From Eledone cirrhosa (lineage: Eukaryota), in the NCBI GenBank assembly GCA_964016885.1, contig OZ024745.1, forward strand, positions 81,034,001 to 81,098,000: a DNA stretch of 64,000 nucleotides. Direction: 5' to 3'. The position numbers and the translations under genes are program-made. A model generated the notes under the pieces. That model searched no databases. It was not told the DNA's origin and saw nothing but the letters and a program-made list of their open reading frames with translations. Positions 12,869-27,119 of this stretch are shown here, piece by piece; the stretch's first letter is position 1, and every line of letters begins with the position of its first letter.

Positions 12869-13973
12869 TGGCTGTGGTAGAGTTCTCCGTCTTCGTCCAC
12901 TTATTCCAGAGAGGGTGATGGGGGCAGAGTCGTCAAACAGAGTCCTGCAGGAAACAACCGTTTCCAAATGATCCGGCTGGATCCTTAAATGAGACCAGCC
13001 AAACTTCTGGATGTTATTCAACCATCTTGCTCGGGATCTACCCCTGGGACTCCTGTCGGTTGGTTTTGCCCATAAAATCTGTCCAGTGATTCTTTTCTGA
13101 GAGATTCTAACCACATGCTGTGATTGCTTAATTCAGAGAAATAGCGGCTCTACTTGGAAATGACCCTCTGATCTCCAAGCTATGCACTCTATCGAGTAAT
13201 GTTACTCCAAAGTCCCTTCAGAGGAACCCCATTTCAGCAGCTTGTATTCACGATTGTATTCTTTTGGTCATTGCACAAGATTCATGACCATAGGTAAGGG
13301 TTGGCCTGAATACTGAATTGAAGATAGCGAGTTTGGCTGTTACGCCTACCTCCCTTCTTTTGATGACCGAATGCTGAAGCTGGCGCATTACTGCACTAAC
13401 TTTTGCAATTCTTGCACTTAATTCAGCGTCCTGCTTCCAACACTCAAGAACTCCCTGAGTAAACTAAGGACATTGAGACAGAGTTGAGATTGTTCAGCTC
13501 ATCAGTTTTTGCTTCAGCAGCTAAATGTGGGTGAAAGAGGCTTGGTTTGGTGCCAGATGACAGGAGGGCCCCTTAGTTCAATCAAGAGGTCAAAGATTAC
13601 TCGAAAAGGCATATAGCCATGTTCCTCGGGACCTGCTCTGGAAGATTGTGCAGGATTATGGGATTGATGGTCAGATCTTGATGTCTATACAAATGCCTGA
13701 GTATTTGTGTTCAGATAAATGGTGCTAAATCTAAACCATTCAATGTGAGAGACAGACTCCATCAAGGGTGTGTACTGTCACCACCTTTCATTATTTTCAT
13801 GAACAGGATTGATATGCGCAGCTGTGTTGGAAGTGGTATCATGACTGGTGGGCATGAAATCAGTTGGCTGGAATTTGCAGATGACATGGTGTTACTTAAC
13901 TCAACAGAAGGTAATCTCCAATTTGCAGTTTATAGGTTTGATGGCAAGTGCTGCATGGCTGGCTGTGGTAGAG
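12869..13973 (-). mobile_element. 5'-inverted RTE (Expander/Rex3-like) fragment with 14-bp TSD
   Basis: The minus segment encodes ARIAKVSAVMRQL...RPTLTYGHES...PRGRSRARWL. The plus segment encodes LHQGCVLSP...FADDMVLL. TGGCTGTGGTAGAG flanks both ends (12869-12882, 13960-13973). Confidence 0.8.
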
Positions 13974-15160
13974 CTGAGTATCAAATTGTTATATAACTGG
14001 AAATTTGTAATGAAGTATGTTGTAATCAGTTATCACCATTTAATGTATGTTTGCATGGGTCAGACAGGTTGTCATGTTATATAAAATCTCTAGGATGTGA
14101 TAGTCATTTATCAACAAAGGAGATGGAAAGCCACCATAAATATTAATAGTCAAATAAGTTAGGTTAATTGCTCCCTAGAGATGTAAAAAATGTGGGCAAA
14201 GCTATCCCTGGAAATTGAACACTGCATCTGTTATACACTAGATGATTGTGTAGCAGTTTAACTATTATTTTAGAAGTTGTAAACTGATTTGTTTACAAAG
14301 CAGCAGGAAAATTTGAAAATATATTTTTGTTTTATTAAAAGCTGCCACAATGTAGGTGAACTATAAATAATTATTGTTGAATAAGCTGGGTAATGTACCC
14401 TTAGAAATGGAAAAAAGTAGAGAGGCTGCCCAGTGAGAATTGAAGAATACATCTGTCATATACCAGCTGACCACATTTAACTATTACTCCAAGTGTCCCT
14501 GGCTACTCATATTTTTAGAAGTTTTTATGCACTAAATTTTATTGTCATGATAAAAAGAATGATCTGTCATAAATAAAATAATAGTGACAAAGTGAGAAAA
14601 AAATCCAACAAACAATGATAATGAAATTATAATGACTAATATCTGTGAGAGGTATCCCATTTCTGACAATTTTTTTAAAACAACAAATAGCATAGCCAAA
14701 TGTGTCATGAAATACAATAAAAAGCTTAGAAAATGTAGAAATCACAAATGCAGAAAACTTTACAGTCAATTGTTATAAATAATAGTTTAGAAAATCAGGT
14801 AATATATCCTTATAGACAGGAAAATGTGTCAGCAGCCACTACGAGTACAAAGTTTGATTTTTTGTAGCAGCTGTTGGCCACATACCATCTATAGGGATAC
14901 TTTCTAAGCTCTTATTTATAGCAATTAACTGTAGCTAAAGTTATTTTCTAAAAAGTCCAATCAACTTGACATCCTGATAGTTTATATTTGAAATGGTACA
15001 ACAAAAAGCATAAAAAATGCACTGAGAGAAAAGCAAATCCTTAAATGTTTTTTGAAAAGTGAATTCTTAAATGTTTTTTTTTTGCTTTTTATTCTTCCTG
15101 TATATACATGACAAACAGAAAACATGCTTCGGCATTATTTAATTATTTTTAGTTTTGTCT

Positions 15161-15291
15161 GGAAATATACCTAGCTGTAACATATTAATATATTTATTTT
15201 TAGATTTATCAGTGGAAAATACCTGGCTGTAACATGTTAATATATTTATTTTTAGCTTTATCAGTGGAAAAGTACCTGGCAGTAACATATT
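15161..15291 (-). repeat. ~50-bp x2.5 tandem duplication in the probable MAN2C1 3' UTR, with AATAAA on minus in each full unit
   Basis: Repeated GGAAAATACCTGGCTGTAACATRTTAATATATTTATTTTTAG. TTTATT on plus is AATAAA on minus. Confidence 0.6.
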
Positions 15292-15432
15292 GATAACATG
15301 CAACATTTCTGGATGTCAAAAAGAAGTCAACAAGTATTTGATTTGCTGTTTAACTATTTTAGTTGCATTTTGTTATATTTTTACAAAATAAAATTATTTT
15401 CTCGAAGCATTCAGTTATAAAGATGAAACATC

Positions 15433-15562
15433 TTATGCAAAATACAGCAGCATATTCATAATTTTAAAAGGTGTGATATCCACTTGAACAGTATTCTCAT
15501 TAATTAAGTTAACACCAGTGTCAAAAGTTGTGGTATTTAGTTCACATTCCATCCCATTGCAT
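15433..15562 (-). CDS. MAN2C1: Alpha-mannosidase 2C1 (cytosolic GH38), last coding exon
   Basis: Acceptor CTCCCTAG, and the phase joins the previous exon (AG+A = Arg). Encodes CNGMECELNTTTFDTGVNLINENTVQVDITPFKIMNMLLYFA*, matching the MAN2C1 C-terminal CDLLE...LTFSPFQVLSL pattern. Confidence 0.85.
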
Positions 15563-16383
15563 CTAGGGAGTAAAATAAATAGAGTAAAGTTGTTATTAAA
15601 CATGTAGAGTACTGTAACTGACAGGTTTGGCAAAACACCTTTTAACTTTTTTGTGACTAGATTTCTAATTAATTGTGAAAATAATGAATTTGGAATGTTT
15701 TTCAGATGGAATCTAAGACAAACAGACTAATAACATTTCTTATTTGCTAGATATAACCCAGAGGCTGTAGTTCACATATCTATGATTGGTTAAAACTATT
15801 TAATATATGGACAGCTGATAGCTATTACTGATCTCACAATTCATGTAGGTATCATATGCAGAAGTACACTGTTAAGGACCCAGTATTCTAATATACCAAC
15901 AAAATGGACATATCTTTTCCAGCTTGCCAACTTAAACTAATCTGATTGAACTTTTCAGTCAATCATCTCCCTACACACTACAAGGCTTACACTTTGTAAT
16001 CCAATCAATGGACAGTTATCTAACCACTTATTAATGTGTACATATATAATTATTGTTTTTCCTCTTCTGTGATGCTGACTCTTTCCTAGTCTCAACTTTG
16101 GGTTTATTTGTAACAGCAAGTATTTTTTCCAGTGACCGAAGTTTTGTTCTCAGTGTCTAGTGGAATTATTTCTCCCAGCATGGACTAGAGCCAAGATATC
16201 CAGTAGATATATTTGTTTCTCTAGTTATTTACTTGACCCTAGATATCTAGTATCTGCTAGTTTACAAAAAAATTCAGCCCATGAAAGGGTACATACAAAA
16301 TGTCTTTCAAAACATTTTATACCAATAAGCGTAATGAAATTAGGATAAACATTCTATGAAGCATTAAGATAATAAAAACTTAC

Positions 16384-16490
16384 CTTATTACTTTTTTAAT
16401 TTTAAATGTTTCTGTAAAAACTTTACAAGTAACATATCCCCCAAAACTTTCATAAAGTCGTAATAAGACCGCATCGGCTGAATGTTCTGA
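16384..16490 (-). CDS. MAN2C1: Alpha-mannosidase 2C1, penultimate coding exon (107 nt)
   Basis: Strong acceptor TTTTCTTTATTTCCAG and donor AAG|GTAAGT. Encodes SEHSADAVLLRLYESFGGYVTCKVFTETFKIKKVIR, which contains the GH38 C-terminal LRLYExxG motif. Confidence 0.88.
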
Positions 16491-17057
16491 CTGGAAATAA
16501 AGAAAAGAAAAGAAACAGATTTCTTTTAAATCATTGTTTGTGTGCATGAGTTGTTTGTTTTTAACATAATATACATTGTCCTATAAATTGAAAGAGTCTA
16601 GCTGAAGCGAGAGATTGGTAATAAATATGAACAGAGTAAGCTAAAGAAGGGAGTTACACAAGACAACAGACCTCAGAATGAAGGACTACAGGTAATGTTT
16701 GAATCATGATTTTGAGAGAAAAGCTTATATAGAAAGGAAGGAAAAAGTGAGAGTGCAACAAATAATTTTCAATTAAGTTGTGATGCCCACAGCATATTCT
16801 AAATTGGATGTAAGTAACAATATTCAATAAAAAGAAGACAATAGTAGTGTGATTATTGATTAAACAAACAACTATGAAAATAATTCATGATGAAGAAAGG
16901 TCAATTAAGATTTGTAAGCTTTATTTCCTAGTGCTGTTGACATGAGCCATTGGAGAATCTGCTCAGGACTTCATGAAAACTAAATCTTGTTTATAAAGTA
17001 AGAATTTGAAGAATTTGAATTTTTGAAGAATGGTTACACACACCATATATATACAAA

Positions 17058-17222
17058 AATTGTTTCTACTTTTGGCACAAGGCTAGCAATTATCCCAGTG
17101 CATTACTGGTGCTTAATTTTATCGATCCTGTATGGATGAAAGGCAAAGTTAACCTCGGCGGGACTTGAACTCAGACCGTAAATACAATAATTGTTTCTAC
17201 ATTTGGCACAAGGCCAGCAAAT
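17058..17222 (-). mobile_element. Meta-domain SINE fragment
   Basis: Reverse complement of GAGTTCAAGTCCCGCCGAGGTTAACTTTGCCTTTCATCC...GATCGATAAAATTAAGCACCAG. Shares its 3' tail with 7185-7245. Confidence 0.65.
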
Positions 17223-17872
17223 ACAATAATGATAATTGCAAAGGTTAGATGTTGATATTCATAATTCCTTTATTCATAATCACCTGTGATACATATATCT
17301 GTGCCATTCATAATTACGTGATGCTGTGATCATTCAATCACCAATGCAAATTCATCACACAGTATCTTAAGTAAAAATGTGATGTTGCTAATGCAATACA
17401 AGCTATTGACAAAAGAACAGGAAAATTTGATGTTTCCATTATTGAGTTCTGTTCCCTTATGAATTCTAGTTCCACCTTACAGTTGTGCACAGGCATGCAT
17501 GGAAGTAGGGGATTAATTGACTACCCCCCCCCCCTCTCTGCAGTTTGTTTACAACTATCAGGACAAGGCTATTTGACATATCAAAACCCTTCACTCTCCA
17601 CAGTTGGTGATATATTTCAACTTGATATGACTGTCAGGAGTTCAATTCAGCCTGGATATGAATCCAACAGCACTGAATTAGGATTCTGGTGGTAGCATGT
17701 GTGTGTGTGTGTGTGTGTGTGTGATAGAATTAAAATATTTCAAGAAAAATACAGGTTGTTATTGAGAGAGAAATACAGAGAGGGGGAGAGATAGGGAGAG
17801 TGAGAAAGATAAATAGATAGGTTAGAGTGTTGTCAACTAAAAACATGGGAATTCTAAGTGCAAATCTGTCAA

Positions 17873-20800
17873 CATCATCATCATCGTTTAACGTCTATCT
17901 TCCACGCTAGCATGGGTTTAGACGGGAATTATCCCACTTGAAGCAAGATTGGTCGTCTCGCTCATATAGGACTGTCTGGCAGGTTTTCTACGGCTGGATG
18001 CCCTTCCTAACACCAACCACGTTTACAGTGTGGACTGGGAGGTTTTTACCGTGTTACCTACACGGCCACATTACAGCGTGGACTTTGTGTTTTTTTGTTG
18101 TGACACCTACATGACCATTTATTTAGGACTGGATGTTGTGGTACCAACATAACTTTACAGAGAAAGGGGTGGTGTTGATGGTGTGGGGGGTGGGGGTGTG
18201 TAGGTTTCGCTTTGTACTTAGGCAAGGCGGGTCTTCTGTATTACTGCGTAGCGCCAAAGATCTCGGACCAGTGACATTGTCTGAGAGAGGTGTAAGTGTG
18301 TAAGGTCGGAATTTATTAAATTGTCCCAGGTTTTTCTGGGTCTGCCTACTCCGTAACTTCCATCAATTTTGATCGCCCTGCACTTTTTTATACAGCTGTC
18401 GTCTTTCATGCGCATCATGTGACCATACCAAAGTAGTCTTCTCTCGAGTAAACAGCATCTGATCCCTCTTATTCCTAATTTCACTTAGTTCATTTATGCT
18501 TTGCCATTCACGTATATTACTATTACACATCCAGCGGAGCATGCAAGCTTCGTTCCTCTCCAGTCTGCGTATATCCTCTGCACACAATGCCCAAGTCTCA
18601 CTGCCATGTAACATTGCTGTTCATATGCAGACATCATACAGCCTGCCTTTCATTTTTAGAGAGAAACCTTTAGCGGCCAATAGTGGTATAAGCCCTCTGA
18701 ACTTTTTCCATCCCGTTCTGACTCTAGCTACTGTACTTTCAGAGCACCCTCCACCACTGCTGATTTTGCCACCCAGGTAACGGAAGGTGTCCACTATTTC
18801 TATAGAACCATCTGTGCAATGGAATGAGCTAGTATTCTGTGGGCACTTGCTGCTACTTAATGCACCTGAGCACCGGCCACATATAAAATCTATGTTCTTA
18901 GATAGCTTACCTGTGATCCCACTACATCTTTTATGCACCCATACTTTGCTTTTGGGACATAAAATAGAATTTTTGCCTACTCCTTTCCTACACACTGAGC
19001 ATGGCCATTTCCCAGAGGAAAACTGTGCCCTATTTTCCTTCCTACATACTAGAACTTTAGTCTTAGACAATTTAACTTTAAGGCTTTTGATTCATGCTTC
19101 CATGTTTGGAATTTCTTCTCTAGTTCAGCCATCGATTCAGTTATGAGCGTTAAATCATTTGCATATAGAAGTTCTCATGGGCAGCCGGTCTTGAACTCCT
19201 CTGTTATAGTCTGAAGGGCAATAATAAATAGGAGGGGGGCTAAGGACAACTTTTACGCTAAATTCTTCACTATATTCGTTGTTAATTCTAACCTTGCCGA
19301 CTGTTTCTTTATACATAGCTTGTATAGCTCTCACAAGCCATTCATCAATCCCTAGTTTTCTAAGGGCCCACCAGATAATGGAGCGGGGGACTCTGTCAAA
19401 GGCTTTCTCCAAGTTGACAAAAGCTAAGTATAGGAGTTTACCTTTAGCTAGGTACTTCTCCTGTAGTTGTCGTACAAGGAAAAGGGTGTCTGTGGTACTT
19501 TTACCTGACACAAACCCAAACTGCTTTCATCTAGATCAATTCGCTCTCTGATTAGTTGCGCTATAACTTTTTCTGTGACCTTCATGACCTGATCAATTAA
19601 TTTAATGCCTCTATAGTTTCCCCTATCTAGGGCATCTCTTTTACCCTTGTAGCAGTTAATGATGATGCTGCTATGCCAGTCATTTGGTACGACCCCATTC
19701 TGTATGACTTGGTTTACTATCCGGATGACCATAGTGTGTCCCATCATTCCAGATGCTTTCAGCATTTCAGCAACTATCTCTGAAGGCACAGCCGCCTTGC
19801 CCGTCTTCATATCTTTGATTGCCTTACTTATTATACTACCTTCAACTTGCACTGCTGGTCCCTCTATTGGATCGATTTGGGATAGGCTATCTTTTTCCCA
19901 TTTATTCTCCTTATTTAGTAGCCTCTCGTAGTGACACTTCCAAGCTACCCTCTTATCAGCATCAGTGATGGCAAGTACACCATCATCATTACGGACACAC
20001 TTCTCCCCAACAATATCACGGTTTTCCTTGACACATTGCCTAGCAATCCTGAACACCTCATATTTTTGGTTCTCACGTTGTAGAACATGCTTGAACTTTC
20101 TTTCCTCTGCTTCCCTTCTTGCGAAGTACACTTGTCTCCTAGCTTCCCTCCTGGCCACTTGATAGTGTTCTCCACTTCCCCCATCCCGCCATACTTTCCA
20201 AGCCTGCTTTTTGGCCTTAATTGACTCCTTCACCTTACTGTTCCACCACCAAGTTACTCTCCTCCTGCCTATAGGTCTGCTCCAGCCACAGATTTCATCT
20301 GTCGCCTTCAGCAGGTTAACTTTCAGGAATTCCCACTGTTCCTCTATATTGTACGACTCTAATTGCTCTTCCTTACTGTCAAAAGCATCAAGTAATATGC
20401 TTTTAAATTTGTTACTGGCTGTGGGGTCCTTTAACTTCCATATTCTTCTCCTTAGGGTAGTCCTTCTCTGTTGCCGAGTACGTTTCTTCCTGACTATGAG
20501 GTCGCTAACTATGAGGCTATGTTGGGAGGTGCATTCTTCACAGGAGAGGGATTTAGTGTTTACAACAGACACTCTGTCATGTCTTCTGGTAAAGATATAA
20601 TCTATCTGACTGGCGTGTTCCCCTGGTCTATAGGTGATCAAGTGATTGTCTCGTTTTTTGAAGTTTGTGTTACAGATGGTTAGGTTATTAGCATCACACA
20701 CAGAATTCCAGGATTCTGAAGCCTTCCTCATTTCTAGTACCAAACCTATAGCCTCCAAGGATTCCGTCACAGCCGTGACAATGTTGTTGTCCAACATGAC

Positions 20801-21840
20801 CATTTAGGTTGCCAGCAATAATTATGTAGTCACTGTCAGTTATTTGGGAGGTAGTGAGCACTAGCGACTTGTAGAATCTGTCTTTTATAACGCCAGGCAG
20901 TTCAGATTGGGGTGCATAAGCGGATATTATTGTCACAGTAGTTCTATTTAGGACAAGTCTTATTTTAATTATTCTGTCGTTCACTCTATTTACATCTATT
21001 ACCTTATCTACCCTTTTTTCTGCTAACATAATTCCTACTCCACCCAGCCCATTGTCATTTCCCACCCAGAAAAGTTTATAGCATCGTTTTTTACCCACAA
21101 TTAATCTAGCAGACCCACCCCTCCACCTGGTCTCTTGAACACAGCAAACATCGACTTCCTTATGTTCAAGCATCTTTACATCCTCGTTAGAGCGACTTTT
21201 AAAGTGCCTACATTCATGGTATCAACTCTGAAGTTTTGGATTGCATTTGGTGGGTGAGAAGGATGGGTTGGAGGCGCAGGGAGGGGTGAGGGAGATGGGG
21301 TTATGTTAGCCATCCGTGGCCAAAATAAAGAGGAGTCCTTGCATTCTCGTCCAGCAACATGAGGTGAATTTATCTTTATCTTTGACATTGTCATTGAGTG
21401 TCTAGATTCTTTAGACTCTCCAGAATTCTATAGTCCATCCAGCATATCGAAAAGCAACCAGGTCTAAACTTAAGGAATGATAGCCGAGGTGGTGGTGGTT
21501 TTGTGAAAGAGATTGGTAAGATAAACATATTATAAGCCGCTGAATTATGATTGGGCCAAATAATAATGGTGGCGAGTGGGGCCAGGGGGGAGGGATATGG
21601 GGAAGTTAACTAGAAGGTTATTTTTATAATAAACTCCTGCAAATTCGACCATAATTAAATGAACATATAACAGTAAACAGAGTTTAAATACGAGAAGAAG
21701 ATTATTTTGAGGGTCTGACAGAATTATGGGAGTTTAAAATACAAGGAGATTGTTGTGAAGGTCTGACAGGATTATCGAATAACATTGAAAAGATTGAATT
21801 CTAAGTTAAACGGGCGATATAATACTGATAGGTGAATGGA
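17873..21840 (-). mobile_element. RTE-clade LINE copy A (APE-RT-PHD), near full length, multiple frameshifts
   Basis: ORF fragments 18218-21394 carry VCCVQETRW, ISAYAPQ, NYRGIKL, AFVNLEKAFDRVP and CSVC..C..WVHKRC. (TGA)n tail at 17873-17885. The 5' boundary is approximate. Confidence 0.95.
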
Positions 21841-22183
21841 CTAGGAAAACATTGGAGAGACATGAAAAATAGGGTGAAATACATTGCATTTCTCAAAAAA
21901 CAAGCATTCGGCCAAGATAAGAGATCGAATGTGGAAAAAAAGTGTGTGTTTCTGTATGTCCCAAGGAAAACTTGGGTTACAACTAGTATACAATGAAAAA
22001 TAAGACCTATATAATAAATGTGAGGATCTCAAAATTAATATGGCAGTACAATAAATGAAGACCATGAATATGAATAAAAAGCATATAAAGAGGCAATAAG
22101 AAAGCAGGGTACACATACATATCTACACACATACTTGTTATATGTATGTATGTGTGTATGTGTGTGTGCGTGCGTGCGTGTAC

Positions 22184-22455
22184 ATCATCATCACAGTTTA
22201 ATGGCCATTTTTCTTCGCTGGCATGGATTAGACAAGTTATCCTATTGTGAGCAATGTTAGGTCATGTAACCATTTCATGCTCATATAGAACCGATTTTGG
22301 CTTGGTTTCTACGGTTGGATGCCCTTCCTAGCACCAACCTCATTTACAGTGTGGACTAGGCACTTGTTGCCGTTACACCTCCAGGACCACTTTACAGTGT
22401 GGACTGGGTGCTTTTGCCATTATACATACACGACCACTTTACAGTGTGGACAAAT
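22184..22455 (-). mobile_element. RTE 3'-end/SINE-like fragment
   Basis: (CAT)n tail, GGATGCCCTTCCTA and repeated CACTTTACAGTGTGGAC units, all shared with the RTE 3' UTRs. Confidence 0.8.
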
Positions 22456-23159
22456 GTGTACCGAATAATTCTTCCAGTCCCGACTGTCAGTAGTTTCGCT
22501 TGTGCTATGTAGAAAAAGTGCAAGATCATTGCACTTGCACCTTATTCATGAGGCTTCAAGCTTTTCAAGGGACTCTCTCAGTTAGGACAGTTTTTTCCAG
22601 TGATCACCGCCAGTAACAAATTGAAAAGGGGGAAGTTATATATATATATTTGTTTTGCAAGGTTTTTGATATGAAATCATGTGTTGAAACAAATATTGTT
22701 ATATTTGGGAAGGATCATATAGTTATAATATTGCCAGAAATAATAATAAAACACACGGACTGTTTGGTTTAGATTGATTTTCGCTTCTGTATATTTTATA
22801 TCCCTATAGTTAATTTAGTTGGCAATCAATGTTTATCATTGATTGACCAACGGTTAAAAAAAAAATATATATATATATGTAGAAGTTCTATTTAAATTGT
22901 TGGGATACAACAAGCAAATATTTTTATAACTGATATAAAGCACTAAACAAATTATTGGAGTAAAAATACAATATATTAACAAATGGAAACTATATTAAAA
23001 AATTTATTATAAAAAAATTTATTAAATATATATATAAAAAAATTTATTAAATAATATAAGGTTTGTATAATAACATAAGGTTTGTATAACCTAAAATTTC
23101 TTTTACTATCTTAACATTTGTAACATTTAATATAAGTAAACTCTGTCTATTTTTCCATC

Positions 23160-26100
23160 AAAGGCTACAGGCCATGACTGGCTATTATTATTAATATTAT
23201 TGTTGATGTATTCTATCGGCTATTTTGCCATGTGGCTTCCCCCTCTCTATCTCTCTCTCTATGATGATTACCCTCTCTCTATCTATTTCTAAGCCACCCA
23301 TTATACCCCGTTCCCTCTTCACCCATTCCACCTCACTCATCTTGAAGCTATTGAAGAGGTAAGACACTCTATTCTGAAAGGCTAAAATGAATCACTAGAG
23401 TTGATTTGGCTTCGTTCCAGTCATCCATCTTGACGGCGAACCTCTCTCCCTACCTCACAATTTCCCTCACACCACCATAGCCTATTCGACCAATCAAACC
23501 TCAGCATGCCATTTCTTCTGCTACTACTACCTAACTAACTCTCTCCTCCCCTGTCCCAGCCCAACACATCCTGCCATTATTCCACCACCACTGTTCTTCT
23601 AGCCCTGAATTTTCCTACCGTTATGGATGGATGAGCTGAGAATAAATTTGAGCAACTCTGAATTAATAGATGAAATATGAATCTGCGAGCTACCAAGCAC
23701 CCATGTGAAGCGCCAATCCAGAGACCCTTCCCTACGAGTGTCGACAAATGCCCCAAACTCCGAGTTGGTACCATCACTGTAGGCACAATGAAAGGAAGAG
23801 CAGGAGAAATCGCAGAAATGCTAGAGCGAAAGGAAATTGATGTATGCTGTGTGCAAGAGACTAGATGGAGAGGAGAGTCTGCTAGAGTCCTTGTAGGAAA
23901 AAGTCGGTGCTACAAATTTTTCTGGGTGGGAAATGATGATGGGATGGGTGGTATAGGTATACTACTAGCTGCCAAGTGGGTAGATAAAGTAATCTCAGTG
24001 TACAGGGTAAATGCAAGAATCATTAAACTCAGACTAGTCCTGAATAAAACAATTACCACAATAATATCAGCTTACGCACCCCAATCGGGGTTGCCAGACA
24101 AACTTAAGGATAGGTTTTACGAGTCCCTAATGCACACTACTGCTCTAACAAACGACAATGACTTCCTAATCATCGCAGGAGATTTTAACGGACACGTAGG
24201 TAAACACTGCGACGGCTTCAATAGAGTCCATGGAGGCCATGGGGTTGGCACAAGAAATGAGGAAGGATTCAGACTTCTAGAATTCTGCGACGCCAATGAC
24301 ATGTCGATATGTAACACAAACTTCAAAAAACCCGACAACCACCTGATCACCTATAGATCAGGGGAGCACTCTAGTCAGTTAGATTTTATCCTCATCAGAG
24401 GACGTGACAGATGGACGGTGGTAAACACAAAAGCCTTCCCTAGTGAGGAATGTACATCCCAACATAGCTTAGTTGTCAGCGACCTCACAGTCAGAACTAG
24501 ACGAACCTGGAAACAGAGGCCAACCTGGAGAAGAAAGATCTGGAAGCTGAAAGACCCCTCAACCAGTAACAGATTTAAAGATATTTTACTCAACGCCTAC
24601 GACAGTAAAGAAGAACAGATAGAGACATTCAATGTAGAAGAGAACTAGGAGTTCCTAAAAAATAACTTACTAGAGGCGACGGATGAGGTCTGTGGCTGGA
24701 GTAAGAGCTCAAGCAGGAGGAGAGTGACTTGGTGGTGGAACAATAAGGTAGATGAAGCAGTTAAGGCCAAGAGACAGGCATGGAAAGAATGGAAGAACGG
24801 GGGAAGCAGGGTACATTACATAGAGACCAAGAGGGAAGCTAGGCGACAAGTATACTTAGCTAGGAGGGAAGCAGAGGATAGAAAATTCAAGCATGTTTTG
24901 CAACGTGAGGACCAGAAACAGGAGGTGTTCAAGATTGCAAGGCAGTGTGTCAGAGAGAATTGTGATGTCATTGGAGAGAAGTGTATCCGGAATGATAAAG
25001 GTGAGCTTGCCCTCACAAGTGCTGAGAAGAAAGATGCATGGAAGAGTCATTATGATAGATTACTAAATGAGGAGAATACATGGGAAGAAGAGACCCTACC
25101 CCAAGTAGACCTTATAGAGGGGCCAGCAGTACAAGTCAGCAGCAGCATAGTAAGTAAGGCAATCAAAGATATGAAGATGGGGAAGGCAACCGGTCCATCG
25201 GGTATAGCTGCCGAGATGCTGAAGGCATCTGGGTCTGTAGGTCACACTATAACCACACGTATTGTTAACCAGGTAATACTAGAGGGGGCCATACCAAAAG
25301 ATTGGTGCAGTAGCATCATTGTCAACTGCTACAAAGGTAAAGGTGATGCACTAGATAGAGGAAACTATAGAGGTATAAAGCTGATGGACCAGGTCATGAA
25401 AGTAACAGAAAGAATTATAGCACAGTTGATTAGAGACCGGGTGAAACTAGACGAGATGCAATTTGGGTTTGTACCAGGAAGAGGCACCACTGATGCCCTC
25501 TTCCTTGTCAGGCAGTTACAGGAAAAGTACCTAGCTAAAAGTAAGCCACTCTACTTGGCATTTGTCGACCTTGAGAAAGCCTTTGACAGAGTTCCACGTG
25601 CTGTAATCTGGTGGGCTCTTAGAAAACTAGGAGTAGATGAATGGCTTGTGAAAGCGGTACAAGCCATGTATAGGGGAGCAGTCAGCAAAGTTAGGATTAG
25701 CAATGAGTATAGCGAGGAATTTAGCGTACAGGTTGGGGTCCACCAGGGCTCTGTTCTAAGCCCCCTCCTGTTCATCATAGTCCTGCAGGCAATAACGGAG
25801 GAGTTTAAGACCGGATGCCCATGGGAACTCCTGTATGCTGATGACCTTACACTTATAGCTGAATCTATGGTAGAACTAGAGAAGAAATTCCAAACTTGGA
25901 AGCAGGGACTAGAAAGAAAGGGTCTCAAAGTCAACATGACAAAGACTAAGGTCCTTGTAAGTAGACGAGAAAACAGAACCCAGATCCCCTCAGGGAAATG
26001 GCCTTGCTCAGTATGTAGGAAAGGTGTAGGTAGGAACTCCATTCTCTGCCCCAAATGCAAACAATGGGTACACAAGAGATGTAGCGGGATCTCAGGAAGC

Positions 26101-27119
26101 TTAATTAAGATATAGGAATTTTCATAAACTTTTAGATAATGTAGGCTTCACATGCAGCAGCTGTGCTGGGACAGCAAGCAGCAAACAGCCACAGGAAACA
26201 AGTACCACCAATCTCTGGGAGGGCTCTGTAGAAACAGTAGACAGCTTCTGCTACCTAGGTGACTGAAATAGCAGCGAAGGTGGGTGTTCAGAAAGTACAA
26301 TAACTAGGGTAAGAACGGGATGGAAGAAGTTTAGGGAACTACTACCACTGCTAGCTGCAAAAGGCTTCTCCCTCAAAATGAAAGGCAGACTGTATGATGC
26401 GTGTATCCGAACAGCAATGTTGCATGGTAGTGAGACCTGGGCGCTGAAGCTGGAAGACTTACGTAGATTAGAGAGAAACGAAGCCTGCATGCTCCGATGG
26501 ATGTGTAATAAAAATATATGCGAACGACAAAGCATAAATGAATTGAGAGAGAGACTGAGCATAAGAGGAATCAAATGCTGTGTGCAGGAGAGGCAGTTGC
26601 GTTGGTATGGACATGTGATGCGTATGAAGGATGACAGCTGCATAAAAAGGTGCAGAGCACTAGAAGTTGATGGAAACCGCGGAGTGGGGAGACCCAAGAT
26701 GACCTGGGATGAGGTGATAAAAGCCGACCTTACCCAATTACACCTCTCAAAGGCGATGACACACGACTGTGACCTCTGGTGTCACGCAGTAATACAGAGT
26801 ACCCGACCTCCCATGGGTACAAGCTGAAGCATATAGACAATATGCCTCCACACCCCCCACTGCAAGGTGGTCGTGGAGGTGCCATGGCAAAAAAGCACTC
26901 AGCCCACACTGTAAAGTGGACGTGTAGGCGCCACGAAAAAGCACCCAGCACTCCCTGTAAATGAGATTGGTGTTAGGAAGGGCATCCAGCTGTAGAAATC
27001 AAGCCAAATCTGTTCCTGTATGAACAAGGCAGGGTCAGCCGACCAGACACTGCCCACAACAGGACAACCCGTCTAACCCATGCTAGCGTGGAAGAACGGA
27101 CGTAAAACGATGATGATGA
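23160..27119 (+). mobile_element. RTE-clade LINE copy B, near full length; ORF 23677-26827 broken by stops and a 28-bp insertion
   Basis: APE domain (CVQETRW, GDFNGH, SQH), RT domain (QGSVLSP, YADD), PHD finger and (TGA)n tail. The 5' boundary is approximate. Confidence 0.96.
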
